Positions 37,373 through 51,700 of a stretch of 64,000 nucleotides of DNA are shown here, in pieces. This stretch comes from Phoronis australis (taxonomy: Eukaryota; Animalia; Phoronida): the NCBI GenBank assembly GCA_002633005.1, contig NMRA01000663.1, forward strand, positions 100,388-164,387, read 5' to 3'. The number at the start of each line of letters is the position of its first letter. Position 1 is the stretch's first letter. Position numbers and translations under genes: made by a program. Below the pieces are notes generated by a model. The model saw nothing but the letters and a program-made list of their open reading frames with translations, did not search any database and was not told the DNA's origin.

Positions 37373-37605
37373 ATGGACTCTATTTTGATCACACTATAAA
37401 CCAGGAAACAAGAACATATCTCAAAAATAAAGGAAAACAATCAATTTCGCCACTGAGTGAAATGGATATTTCAAGTAAGTAGATATAATTACTAACGTAC
37501 CCACCGGTGTAGGGCTCAATATTCTTTAAAAAGCAGTAGTTAACAGGCAATATGAAAGCGCTCGAAGGAGCGACACTTGGCGAAATTGACTGAAACGAAT
37601 ATTGG

Positions 37606-37790
37606 AGATGTTGATGACAGTGATGATGATGATGATGGTGATGGTGGTGATGATAATGATGATGGTGATGATGATGATGAAGGTGATGATGGTGATGATG
37701 ATGGTGGTGGTGGTGGTGGTGGTAGTGATGATGATGATGATGATGATGATGACAATGGTGGTGACGATAAACACGATGATAACGATCATA
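37606..37790. repeat. (GAT/GGT)n compound microsatellite
   Basis: Direct inspection; source of the spurious poly-D/M/S/I ORFs. Confidence 0.95.
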
Positions 37791-39236
37791 TGACGAATGA
37801 AGATGTCAGAAATGAGCAAGAAATAGAATGTAAAGCAACAAAACTGCAGCAAAATCAGTCAACAAAGGACCAGTGTCATCAGAAAATCTCAAAAAATTCG
37901 AAAACCAGATGTTCTAGCAAAAATTGGAAAACATATTCTGAATCCCTGTTCAAAATTCTATCTAATAAAGTAGTTTCACAAAATTCCACAAAACTTTCGA
38001 AAATACTGAGATTTTACTTTTTTTTAATTCAAAGTCGAATAACTCAATAACTGTAAGTCTGAGAAAAAATTGTTCGATTTTATTTGAAAGAATATACCTC
38101 AGAAAATTCATATGCAAAAATTCACATTATTTCCTCTTCCCATTTAATATGGCAACCCACCATAACTGAAAATGCGTCAGATCCGCCATTTTGAAAACAA
38201 CTTAACGGTTAAGCAGCACTCGATAATAGCTACCTATAGGAAACTAACACAAGAAAAATTTTAAAGCAGTTTTTCCTACAATGCGCCCTCTATAGAACAA
38301 AAACAAAAAAATTTTCCCAAAATCAAGGTGCCCATGCTCAATGACCGATTATTTTGCCATCGTTGACTGGAAGTCAATGATTTCCGGCACATCTGTAGCA
38401 CACATGTGTTAGGATGATAGTGTCGATTTTCAGCCGTGTACATCAAAAATTGCGGCCTCTATGAGCATTTGAATCAGAATTCGAAAAACAGAATGATCAC
38501 CATGTTCGGCATCTTGAATCCGATCATGACGAAAAACAATAGGGTTCCAGTTTCTTTGAAACTAGACGTGCGTGGCAATCAGACGAAAAATATAACCTGT
38601 AAAGAGCATACAAAAAAACTCAGTGTCAGAGCAACAAAATCGACGAAATTCGATAGAATTTTGGCAAGTAATCAGGCTGTGCTATTTTTGCATGCTTTGT
38701 CTCGTAGTGCTCACCATCTGATTGTCATTTCCTTGCTCATCTTATATTTTGAAAAGCACGTCAAAACTGTTAAAACATTGAACCGTGTTCATTTATTATT
38801 GATGTGCACTGATGTTGGTGTACTTAATTGTTAGTACACAATTAATGTTTTTTATTGCTTTGAACTTTGTTTCGTATAGCAGGGTCCACCTTATTGATAA
38901 GACAGCCTTGCATTTATGTAAAAAACCTTGTAGACTTATCAAGCTATTTTCTAGTATAAAACACATGTTGTGGTGGTGATTAATGGCAAATTGTATGCTT
39001 TCTAAAATTGACAATGGCAAATATCTGTTGCAAGAGGAAATTGCTATTCTTGGAAGTATTCTTTGTGGTAGAAGGAGTGGTCTGAAACCCTCCCAGGACT
39101 TTCGTAAAACGTATTCTGTAACTAAAATTCGCTGTTACAAAAGTAATTTGTACACAGTACAGTTCTGTTTGCTGAGGATTTGTGAACAAAATGTTAAAAA
39201 CAAGCACACGTTATAAACTGTGTCCGTTGCAAAGCG

Positions 39237-39288
39237 ATTTAACTGTACCATTTAACTGTACCATTTAACTGTACCATTTAACTGTACT
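39237..39288. repeat. 13-bp tandem repeat (ATTTAACTGTACC)x4
   Basis: Direct inspection. Confidence 0.9.
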
Positions 39289-42200
39289 GTTTTTGTGTGT
39301 TTAACACACTAAACACATGTACCTATGAATTTTGTTACGGGGTATATTATGGATTAAAACAGAAAATTAACATAGGTGACAACAGTTCTGGAGGCTCATT
39401 GGCCTATCCAAAATAAAAAAAGTTTGTTCCAAGAGACATGGTGTATGATACGATAAACTTTATTGTTGAGCAAAAATAGAAAGGCGGATCCAGGATGTTG
39501 AGTTAGAGGGCCTCCCTCCTAAATCCGTTAGGTGACAAGTAGTAACGTATGACTGTAAATAAGGTTATCAAAGCATTTCAATTTCAAAATTTAGAATTTT
39601 GTTAGTTGTTGTAACAACAAAATTAAAACTAGCTTAATTTGAGGGTAAATTGGTAGGCACAAGTAAATTCCATAGGTCTACTTGTTCTACTAGGCAAGTT
39701 AAAGAAAAAGTTTATGTGGACCCCTTCATTTGAGCAATCCTGTTCTGCCAAAGGTTCTCGAGGCATGCACTGCCCAATAACCTAAAACACAAATTTTCAT
39801 ATTCATGTTACAACCCCGCTAGTTGTTTGCAATTGTGATGTCACCAAATGTTTACGAGTCAACTACTGAGCCATTGAAAAACAACAATAGCGGGATAGAT
39901 GGAATCCCCAGAATAAGGATTGACGCACAGCAAGCAAATTCGGATAGCAGTGTCAATTATGAGTTCGTTAACTAATCGAGATGCAGCATAAGGTAAATGT
40001 TCCATGTGTTTCAACAGTTCTTTTCACAATGGTTAGAGCAAATTTGGCCTATGCAAACTAGATCTACCAAAGATCAACATAAATTTAAGAAAACAAGACC
40101 TAAAACAGTTGATATTTGCCAAAGGGCAACATTCTATTCACTGACCACTAGAAACACTATTGTTCCATATGTAACATTTGCGGGTATCAAAATGTGTAAG
40201 TACCACTTCAAAGTATCATTGAAAAAGGTTCAAAGGGGTTAATTATGCAATAACGTCTGGAAATTATAGATTTGACACTTAGGGTTGCCAAAATCTATTT
40301 CAATTAATTAGCGCGAAAGTGGAGGAAAGGGAGGAGTGTTGCTCTAGTAAATGAATGCTACATGCATTGATAATTATATTAAAATAATTGCTATGGTCAG
40401 AGTAAAAAAATGTATTAAGCAATTTCTTGCAATGAATCTTAAAAACTATAGAGGACCAACTAGTAACCCCATCTAGTGTTCAGTTAAAGAAGCAGCCTTC
40501 AGCACAGATGTCGCCCTCTGCAGTCATTTTTTAGAGATGGAGGTTGTAGTTGGGCTTCTGAATTTGGACTATTATTCATACCTAGTCAAAGACGGAAAAA
40601 TGTGGTCCACATTTATGCAAGTTAGAATTGCACCTCATGTCCGTACCAGTTTGAAACATGACCCACACCTATAACTCATATGGAAAGTCTGCCCAGCGCC
40701 TAAGGGTGCTTGCGGAAGATGAAGTTTGATTTTTGGTCACTAGCTGAGGTTGCAGGATTTGCTAACAGCATTCATACCATGCAGAGTATAATCAGCCCAG
40801 CACCCGTGAGGGCATTTATCTTTTTAGGCAAGGACTGGGCTGCCAAATCTGGGGCAATATTAGTATCTGACCAAAATTGAAGAAATCAGACCCATGTTTA
40901 TTCCAAGAGCTAGAATTATGCCAGAATTGAAATCTGAGGGTTGAAAACATGACCCATATTTAAGCCTCAGCTGAAAAAGTCTACCCAAATTACCCTATCT
41001 TGCTGTCTAGAGCCTGAGGGATTAACATTTGACAGACCCATAACCCAATGGGATGGTCCTGGATGGAAATCTCCTTTATCTTTGTCCTGGAGGTAGGAAA
41101 AGCATGTTGTTACATTGGCCTCATTTTAAAAATGCCGACTGATTTTAGGAATCATGTCTGAATATATCGCATTCACAGATACTCCTCAAATTTATCCAAC
41201 TTTTTGCTGTCAAGAGTTGCAGACACATAGCACAGTGGTAAAACTTCGCTGGCATTGGAAGGTCATCATACAATTAATGCAAAACTTGAAAACAGCAAGC
41301 CAACAACAAAGTAACATGAGAAACTCCAACGGCGTGAAAACGAAGCTAGAGAACTACTTGACAGTTGTTACAGGATCCCAGGTAAACACCAAGTGTCGAT
41401 GTTTAATACGGGACTGTACTACCTCAAGCTTGTTGAGCACGAAGAGAGAGAGAGAGAGAGTGCCCAAACAAAACTGTTGGGATCAGTGCCTGAGAACCTC
41501 ACAGAGGAAGGAGGTTGATTTCTTATTATTATTCTGGGTGGCTAGTTTTCTTTTTTGATAATCCTTAATTTGCTTAATCTGACCTGACATCCGAAACTGA
41601 TATCAAAAATGGTGAAAACATGATACACAGTAAGCAACAAATAGAACGGCACCATCTCAGAGGCATGTTCCCGCCATCCCCATTTCAGTGACTGCCCCCC
41701 CCCCCATAACCAGACTGTAATTCATACAAGGTAAATCTACAGTCAATATTGCATACAATCTCGGCCACACATGCCCACAATCCCCAGTATCAGCCTATAA
41801 CACTGACGTCCACCCCTGGGGTTGCAGTCTCCCGACCGTGAACACCTAGCAGGCATGTCACCTATACCTTCATTAATTACTGACAGTTCTGAGCAAGCAC
41901 TACAACCAATCAATGTATAATAGTATAAGTGTCTAGGAGCTGAACACAAAATGATCAGTTGTCAACTACGTGTTGTGGAAATACTCATTCACGTGCGTCT
42001 CCAGGTATTGGTCAGATACAGCAGTCACTGATTTAAAGAACAAAGCAATCACTGAATAACAGGCCAGCTATATTCAGTGGATGGAACTGCACGGTTATCT
42101 AAATCAGGAACCACTATATCTGACTAGCGACTAGATCCAGAGGAGGGGTCTGGTGCCCGGTTGCATGAAACAGTCCCAAATAGGGACTCAACTAAGTTCC

Positions 42201-43104
42201 CTAAATCTACTGCGTACTGTGGACTTACGAAAACGCTGATTGTCTTTTCTTGTGATGTTTTAGTAACATTGCCAAGTCAATTTTTGTCTTTGATACAAAT
42301 CGAGAGTGAACTCTACATTAGCAGGGATCTTTTCATGCAATGCCCCTAATTTAAGAACTATGTTCTTATTTCTTTTCATTGAAACAAGGGCTCAGATTTC
42401 AGTTACATTATTAGAAAATGGAATAAGTCAAAGAGGAGATCAAACAAATAAAATGATAGAAAAAGATTACAGATCTGTGAGTAAAGAACGACACAAATAC
42501 GCAAGATCTAGGGAACTAAGTTCAGTTCCTATTTTGAGACTGTTTCATTCAACTGGGCACCGGAATATCAAACTCTCTTATTAGGTCATTTTTTTCAATT
42601 GCATTCACTATGTTTTCCCTTGTCTACTCCTGCCCCTTGCCCTGGACAAGATCATGCATCGCGGCACAGTAGGCGAAAGTTGAGTAGGCCTACTACACGA
42701 CTACAAAGTGGAAAGGTTACTAATCACGGTAGGGTCAGATACTCCATTAGTAGGATCACAACGCCACTGTTTAAACATAGATTTAACACACACTGTGATT
42801 AGAACACGGTGGAACATGGTGAGTCGTGAGATGAAGGCATTCATTCACGTCCATTGTCATTCCGACCAACACAAGATTAAACAACGCCATGTGTTACCGC
42901 TGTGCAGCTCTGAGTTCTCATTCAATCACACAATCAAACGAAGAAGTGAAATGGGCAAGAAATGTGGCATGACAGCACAGGGGTAATGAAAAGACCAATC
43001 GGCTCCCTCAGAAAGGTACAAAGATCTATAAAAACTACCTACCTACTTCGCCAGCGAGCTGAAGAAGACTGAAGTTGCAATCACATTTGACCCGATTAGT
43101 GAAT

Positions 43105-43396
43105 TGACGTCATTGCTGACGTCAAGGTCACTGAGTTGACACAATTGACGACTAGGGCCTGACACAATGATTACAAAGGCCGATAGCGTTACTGAACGAA
43201 AGTAACCCGTGGCGCGACTTGACAGCACGATTGCGTCGTACCTGTGGCGCGAAGACCAGTTAAAAACCAATTGATTTTGACGCAAGAAATTCAAATAAAG
43301 ATTTTTACCAGGGACGGTAAGCCTACTGGAAATTACTTTTGTCATTTTCCCACTTCCTACATCTCGAAATAAGAGTTGGATCAAATGATGACGTCA
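43105..43396. promoter_or_regulatory. Cluster of three perfect CRE palindromes (TGACGTCA) at the probable Kelch-gene promoter
   Basis: TGACGTCA at 43105, 43117 and 43389; TCAAGGTCA at 43122; minus-strand TCAGT Inr-like motif at 43068-43072 and donor-like GAA|GTAGGT at 43047/43046. Confidence 0.45.
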
Positions 43397-43431
43397 TGTC
43401 TGCCACTGTTATTATGACTCGATATGACAGT

Positions 43432-43604
43432 NNNNNNNNNNNNNNNNNNNNNNNNNNNNNNNNNNNNNNNNNNNNNNNNNNNNNNNNNNNNNNNNNNNNN
43501 NNNNNNNNNNNNNNNNNNNNNNNNNNNNNNNNNNNNNNNNNNNNNNNNNNNNNNNNNNNNNNNNNNNNNNNNNNNNNNNNNNNNNNNNNNNNNNNNNNNN
43601 NNNN
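43432..43604. other. Assembly gap (N run)
   Basis: Run of N. Confidence 1.
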
Positions 43605-45009
43605 CCATTTGGCAGTTCGGGGGTGAGAATGTGTAAAGGGCAAAATCCTGCCCTGCCCCCCCCCCCATTCCTGGATCGCCACTCATGATTTGGGCCTGCT
43701 AATGATAGGAATAAAAGTGTACATGCAGTCACATTACATTTTAAAAAGTTCTGAGAACTTTTTAGTTAATTTTCCCCATTTTGCGGAAAACCGCGGAGGA
43801 GTCATTTTAGAACTTGAAACTTCACAAAATTTTATGTGTTTGGCCGGATTCAGTGCGAGCCGACAACTACGATTGCAACCAAGGTCAGTCAGCAGTACAA
43901 TTGACTTGGTTCTTCTGATACAGTCCTTAGTAATTTACACGGCCACGTAAATCTGGCCACATGATTTTGACATTTTTAATTTTATTTGAATGGGTCCAAC
44001 ACGTTATACTAACCACTCGAATCAATATTCTGTGCTACGAACCACATTGGCCGGTGATGCACTTGCCAAGTTAACACTTGATGATCCGTCAAGTCGAGCT
44101 AAAAATTCGACTTCAGACTCTTTGAGAACCTAATGCTGGGGTCAGCTAAGACTAGTTAGCCTGAGGCAGTTAGTAACCCACGTAAGCCATTACGTACTTG
44201 AGTCACGGCGGAATAAATGAGATAGACACTAGAACTCGGAGTTCGTCAGAAATTATTCCAGTTCGCCGGATTGCGTGCAAAAGGATTAGAGCCGGGGGTC
44301 TGGTGTTTCCAAACTCTTACCTAAGTACAATGGACAATTGGGCTACCCAAAGTGCCGTTGATTCAAGAGACTGCATTATTTATTCATTGCAAATAGGCCG
44401 GGTACCGTACTAAACTGTCCCCTTTCCCATTCACTATAACACAAACAGCAGAACTGTAGTGAAATGGTACTTTATACGTCCTGCGACCCTCCTCTGATCA
44501 GTCTTCAACAAAAATTGGCAATATTTAGCAGCTCTGCTATCCTGCAAGAGCCCACTTCCAATTTACAGGACTGAACATCAATCTAGACATTTGGTAAAAA
44601 ATGGTAAAAATCTTCATACACGGTACATTCCAACATGCAATAAAGCATTTCTTTCACAAAAATACACCTCCTTTGATTATTACAGATTCCTAACTGACCC
44701 TCCTTCTCAGTCCCGTTAACAGATGATTTGAGCAACGAAACCTGGCCAACTATGATCTAAATACTGGCTCGCGGTGCGTCTTGCTGTATGGTTCACCGAC
44801 AGTTTGCTTTTAAAACGTGTGTGTACATACTTAATTTACTAGTTGATAATACTTTTTTTAAGCCAGCTTTGACCATCAATGTCAACACAACGCTGCTTAA
44901 AAACCTCAAGAAATTTAGCCATATTTCCTACACGTTGGTTGCACCACACTTCCCCAAAGACCAGTGCAAACAATATTTTCTTTACTCACCCCTAAAACAC
45001 ACTCCAACA

Positions 45010-45662
45010 TAATAAAACCGGCTACCAGGTGGCGTGCACTACGTCAAGTCCATCTCAAAACGGGTGTTATCATAGACTATGTGTTATCGATCAAGGAGTG
45101 TACGTACTCTCCTTGATGTTATCACCTCTAGTTCAAGAAAAACCTATCTGCCAAATTTCATAAAAATAATTGCGTCCACGAACTCCAAAGATATGGTGAA
45201 AAACGGAAAAAATAAAATTGCCGAAAGTCGGCGCTGTACGTTGTCGCCTTTATATAAATACACTTGTCAAATTCAGTAGAGATCCTACAGAGGGTTTGGG
45301 AGCAAAAATCTGCCACTAAAAGGCGCCACAGTAATTGTAGCCGTCCGAAAATCATCGCATCTCCTCGTTTGATGCCAGATTTTGTGAAAACCCGTTAAGG
45401 AACCCCTTAGATGCAGAGGCAAGCATAAAAATTGCCACTAGGGAACACGCCGGTCGTTGGACGGTCCGGAAATTCGCTCATGCCGTTTCATTCACGAAAG
45501 GAACATATTTGTCAAATTTCATGAACATATATCCAGGGTTTTGGAGATACAGCAGCTGATGCCAGACGAACGAACGGACGGACAGACGGACGGACAGACG
45601 GACGGGCGTACGGACGATGGTAGCATAATGCGCCCGCATATAAATATTTGGGTGTATAAAAA
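45010..45662 (+). mobile_element. HINE/pearl-like repeat, second copy
   Basis: Same monomers as 1600-3394, (GACG/GACA)n at 45566-45616, then 3' hairpin-like atgcgccc...gggtgtat and AAAAA. Confidence 0.7.
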
Positions 45663-48255
45663 CCGACATGACACGGTTATTCCTGTGCCTGAGTTTTGAG
45701 TCAAGAGGTGAGCTTTTCACTATAATCCTCCCTGTCAGTGTCTCAGAGATTCACTAAGTGAAGAATTTCTAATTCAATCACTACACGGCTTAATCAAGGC
45801 CGGGTTTAGGCGCTTGAATGTTTTAAGTAAGCAAATTCATGTTACCAGTCCACAAACCCATTGGGCAATTTAGCTAAAAATGTCCAGTCACAAGTCAGAA
45901 AAGTAGTTTTTGGTGCTTGCTGCGGAGACTTGGAGGATTTGAATGAAGAGAGTAATGAAAGCTTGTCCTCGATTGGCCAAGTCTCTGAGTGACTCTTGTC
46001 TAGAGCTGCAGTATGGCTCAGACTCACATATAGCATTATTTTCTGGCACAGACTTTTTATCTAATGAAGCTTTGTCTTCGTAATCTTCGTTGTCTGATGA
46101 AGTTCCATTTTGTCACGGTTATTTAAACTGAATGCACTTACAAAAAATTTGCGATGCACAAGAAAAGTGATTTTCTTTTCTAACCCTAAAAAACCTACAG
46201 ATAATACTTCAGTAATCTAACCATAACTTGAAATAAACAGCAACATCCGGCAAAGAAGAGACTTGGAGAAGCAATCATAGCGCTGCTTATCAATTGTGCA
46301 TTTTGAAACTTGTGGTTTCGCATACGAACTGAACTCAACATTAGAAATGATCTTTCAATAGAAATCACTTACTCTGCAGGGACCAAATGGACTGAAAGTG
46401 CCTCTGGGGCCTATTACCCAGAGATTAATTACCTGCTAGGTAGCCCTCAACCATTAGATATAAACATTCATGTGGGAATAAGCTGATTTCTCTAAAGACA
46501 ACGTAAAGAGAGATGACAGGATATTATAACAAGAAACCGTCTCCTCCGTTACTGGTCCATGAAACACGGTTGCAACGAACCAAAGTAATAACAACAAATT
46601 TGCTTTGAATCTACCACTTTAAAGCTTGGTTTAAGTCCGATTAACAAACAGGGAAAATAGAAAACGCGACAATGCGACAGCCTTGACTTACCCCAATAGC
46701 ACATCCATAGTGATCTGTTGTAACACCAGCGTACTCAGCTTGAACACATGATTTGACATTCTTGTACATGCCTTGCAGAATTCTATACATTTTCTCGTTA
46801 TATTATGACTTATTCACTCAGGCCATCCCGCCAACCACTATCAAAAGCCTGTTAAAATCGATAAATAAACAAGTATGGTCTACCCCTGGATTTCGAAACG
46901 TGCTCCGAAACAATTAGAGTTTGCAATGTAAAATAATTATCAACGGTTGAATATCCTCCCGAAATCCCACACGAATCTCTTTGATGGCACCATGTTGATG
47001 TGCCCATGGAAAAAAGTGGCTGTAACCTGGAGTTAAGTTGTACCTAGGTAGTTGGTGGGATGTTTATAGACTTAAAGATTGGAACGATCACACCAACTCT
47101 CCGCTTGCTTACATTTATCTGTAACAAAACTACGATTATAAAATGTACTAACACAATGTTAAAAGCAAATGAACTATACTTATATAATTAAATTCTAGCG
47201 TTATCCAATCTTCCTCTAGTTACATCTCACACTTAATTTGTCTTCGAGAGTTCAACGTCATCATCTGAAATCTCGCCATTTAGCTCGGGATACATACAAA
47301 CGATATATCAGCCCGCTCTTAGGAATTACAACAATGTCTGATACATAAATGTGAAGCTCTTTGCATTCTTCGTCATACGCGATTTCTTCTTCACTGAGAA
47401 GGTTTTTAAAACATTCATACCATTGCTGTTTCAAAAAGACGGCATGTTCTTCTTTTAGGCCATTTCTCAAAATTTGCAAACATGTTTTAGATTACTCTAT
47501 CTCTCCTTGATTCCATCAACGTATCAGCATTACGCGCTTTGTCATCTTTAACGGCTTGGAACGGAATAGTGACCAATAACCTTTTCTTATTTCCATGGTA
47601 TTTTTAAATCATGAACGCTTTCAGAAGTTTTGAATTTTCGAAGGCATTTCCTCTATTCATTTTTTCTAGTGCGACAGTCCATATCATACCGGGATTTTCC
47701 GTAGCACACCCGATGAAACGCCCGTGGGCGTTTATTCGGAAAATTACAACTTCTAGTGTCAAGAGTCCAGACAGTGGGACGTTTATTCGGAAAATTTCTT
47801 CTTAAAAGCTTACTTAGCGTCAACTTTTAGCCATAAATTCAGTTTTGCAGAGCAATTATCATTTATAAAAACGAACAAAGTGTTGGAGAACTATGTGTTT
47901 ATTAACTTAAAATTAAAAAACGACTGTTTTATGCACAAAAATCGCTGGTATTTTCATATTAGCCGAGTCTATGACTTTCCGTTTACACGACCCCCTTTCC
48001 GAATAATCGTCCGGGGGTTTCCTTGGTGTTACTGATATGCGTATTTTTTATTTTCCGAATACACGACCATGGGTTTATCTATGGAAAACCCCGGTACCAA
48101 TCAGTCGCTTGCCGTTTACTAGAGTCACGACAGCCAAGCTTTTATCAGCTCGCAGAGGTTTTCTGCTACTTTATCAACATTTTTGTCATAAGGTATAATA
48201 TCTGCAAGCTTCCGAATCAATTGTACACCTGTTGGAGATTCATCATAGTTACAAG

Positions 48256-48627
48256 CTCGGTGGTTCCCTGCGTGCCGCTAGGTGGGGCGGTAGCCGCGCC
48301 AGCACGCTAGTATCACCAGAGACCGTAGAGAGGGAGACGTTTCACCTAGCNTTCACACTGCATGAATAGCACACCGTTAAATCGGCCACTGAGATATGTG
48401 TTTAATGTACATGTACGTGCTTCAAGCACGCGGCTATTAAACATCACGGCAGAAACGAAATAGTTGCTGCGACGCCACTTGCGCATGACAAAGCTAAGAA
48501 TCGTTCACAGTCCGCCATTTTTTCACGGTGTTGTAAAGCTAGCCAATGACAACTGAGGTTACATCAACCCTATGCTAAAGCGCGTGCACTGCGCGTGATA
48601 CCTGCGTACACGTAGGGGACCAGCGAG
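48256..48627. mobile_element. MITE with 9-bp flanking direct repeat (AcademH- or MULE-like)
   Basis: Termini CTCGGTGGTTCCC / GGGGACCAGCGAG; AGTTACAAG at 48247-48255 and 48628-48636. An inverted family member lies at ~58230-58470. Contains an N at 48351. Confidence 0.7.
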
Positions 48628-48769
48628 AGTTACAAGCAGCCTCGTCCGCAAACTTCAAGATGGCGCTGATCGCTTTAGCCATTACCTTCTACGTAATGCA
48701 GGAATGGACGCTGCCGTCATTGAAACAAAGGCAGATCATTGTTTAACAGGGGCTGTTGCTGCCATTCAT

Positions 48770-51700
48770 CACCCCCGGCCCGGCCAACCCGCGATCGAGA
48801 ACGACCGGAAGGCGATCGAAAACGAAATTTGGCGCGAGAAGAGAAGCCAGGCAATGTAAGTAAATTTGATGAATTTTCGTTTTTTTTTTTACTTCCAGTG
48901 TGAAAACAGAGACATGACTTCAAGGCGTAACACATTTAGGAAGGGCACGTAGAGGTTTAGGCTAGTGTCTCTCCCAATTATAGGAGAAAAGTTACGTTGA
49001 CCGAGGCATCGCTTAAGCCGAACGTGATTTGAATGTCATTTTGGCAAATTGCCGTTATTTTTGGCACTAAATCAATAAATTGACCATGGAGTTATGAAGA
49101 AATGAGGTGTGAAAATATAACGCAACGCCTGTTTTTTGTAGTTATGACAGGATCTCTGATTTTTCGACGATTTTCTGTTGAAAGATGCCATCGAGAACGC
49201 AACGATAAACGATCGGGAACGCAAATTTGTGTTTGTTTATGCGATAGGGAACGCATTGTAGTGTGCCGAACAGTAATGAACTTTATACTTATAAAACGTG
49301 AAAAAGGTTACAAAATAAGTGTGGTGCAATGATTTAATCGCATTTTGTGTCGTTACTGTGTTACTTTCGTATCAAAACTGAACAACAACATAGCATATTT
49401 CCATTAAATTGCCATGATCACTACATGTGCATCAAGCATAATTCAAGTTTAGTTTCACAAACGAATTTATAGGAAACAAGTTCACTGGCGAGCTTCAACA
49501 AACATGTTACCCACGACGTGAAGGTACACCTGACCAGGGTTTTGAAAAGTACAGGCCATGCATCTACTTTTAGACCAAACCACTGAGAACAAGGGTTTCT
49601 AAACTGAAGACTCACCCAGGAGTTGTTCCATGTGGCCTGTCAGCCAGGGGTAAACAAATTGTTGCATCACCGAGATGAAAGCGAGTGTAGAATCTTCTTG
49701 TCAAATTGTGACAGCAAAAGGAAAAAAAACAAATAGCCAGTGAAATCAAAGAATGGTGATGAGCTTGCCCATGGGGAGAGAGGGGAGTGCGGCAACACTT
49801 CATGAGATGATTCAAAGATTCTCACTCATAAACGTCTGGGGTCAAAAAATTGGCCAGAAGTTGTGTAAACTGGTGTGCTGATAAAACGGGTGGGATTTTA
49901 CTTGATGTTTTGTTGATAACATCGATACAGAGATGAACAGATTGACTTGTGGCACCGTGTGGCTTGAATGTACGTTGTGTTTGACCCTTCTGTTTTGTAG
50001 TATTGGTCCTAAGTTCACCTGCATCATCAGTTTAATGTGACATTGAACAAGATTGAGAGTTATAATACACATACTATATTGTGATTTTCTCAAAACGTAG
50101 TCATTAACGTCACTTCAACTACACACTGTAGTGATTTACACAGGAAATCAACAATATTATAGCATTTCTATTATAATATTAATCTTTTATCACCCGTACC
50201 TCAAAATTGGTCTTACAAAATATACAAATTTATTTATAGGGAAATCAAAAAACAAATCCAATGAACATTTCCAACGAATTACTTTTGGAATGACTAAATC
50301 ATCACTGAATCAAAGACAATGTATTTAGGACTGGTTGATAGTAAAACAGTCTCTCACAAGAAATCAACTACAATATGAAAGCAATTTCTACTATAATCAT
50401 TAGACAAATATTTTCATTCAAAATACTCATTGTTCAGAATAATTGTATGTAAGTATTGCCCACTGACACTTAATATGGCCATTTAAATCTACCTAAACAC
50501 TACAAAAATGTACTGGTTCTGTTAAAGATCCTTTTGAAATAACACAAATATAGAAAGAAACTTGAGGAAAAAAGGTTCAAAACAAAATGTCAAAATACTA
50601 TCACATCAGACAACTACCAACCACAGACTTTGAAAATCTGCATAAACTATAGTGAATTAATAACCTTCAGCACTGACTTAATGATTTCATTCAAGACGTT
50701 TCTGCTTGCTATGCCTGTAGAAGGAGGCATACTGTTTGCATGACATGCCACATTCACCACAAAAAGGAGTGTCCTCGTGCTGTGACGCAGTGTCGCATCA
50801 GGCTGCACTCTTTCCGTGAAACGTTGATCACAGATAGGACACTGAATCTACTTGGTTCCTGAGCACGATGCTTCGTGCTGTGTTTTACTGTATTGGTAAA
50901 AATCTCTTCATTTTGACGCATGCAAGGCGTCAATCACAGGGCTGGTAAAGGTCTTGCTTTGTTGTAGTGTCACTGTATTTTATTGCCATGTGGTCATACT
51001 AATTAAGTCGATTTCTTAGTTACTGAACGAGGCTCCACAACATACACACACTCTGTTGTGACATACAGCAGTTGTACTACTCTATTTTGAAGGCGTGGAC
51101 GTTAACACTTTGAAGGTTTCATCGTGTGGCTACACTATGAGTTCAGTTGAAAAAAATCAAACGCATTCAGTTATGTTTGTTAGACTAAATCTCACTTAGA
51201 AATAATGATGAAATGTAATTAATTATTAACCCATCAACTAATTCAGGCTCCCTATTATTCTAAAATTATTGACATAATACCGTAACTTGAACGACTATTC
51301 AGGCCAATGCAGAGAAAAAATGTACGTTCACGATCGCCATAGAGAATTAACGACATCGTTCCCGATCGCCGTCTCACACAAGGACCTGCTTGTATTGGTA
51401 AATATCTCAAATTGTTTTGCAAATCATAACTAACAAAGGTGTCACCAGGGACGATTAAAGTGTAAACGTCACATGTCTCTTCTTCAGAACCCTGGAACAT
51501 TGCTAATAACAGGTAGAAATTGTCGATTTTATGAGGCGCATTGCTTTCTGAGCTCTTTATTTTAAAAAATAAGCAAAAGCGAAGCATTAATTCAGATCCA
51601 CAACAAAAGTTGCACCCTGACGCTTTTCTGTTTGTAACATTTGTACCAAAGTGGCTTCTATTTAAGCAGAAAATGACACTTAAACTCATCGAGTACGTGA

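Noticed and set aside
37526-38050. ORFs of poly-D/G, poly-M/V, poly-S/P and poly-I/T
   Set aside because: They are six-frame read-outs of a (GAT/GGT)n microsatellite, with no splice or domain support.
43323-43732. Several 70-119 aa ORFs
   Set aside because: They are open only because they span the N gap.
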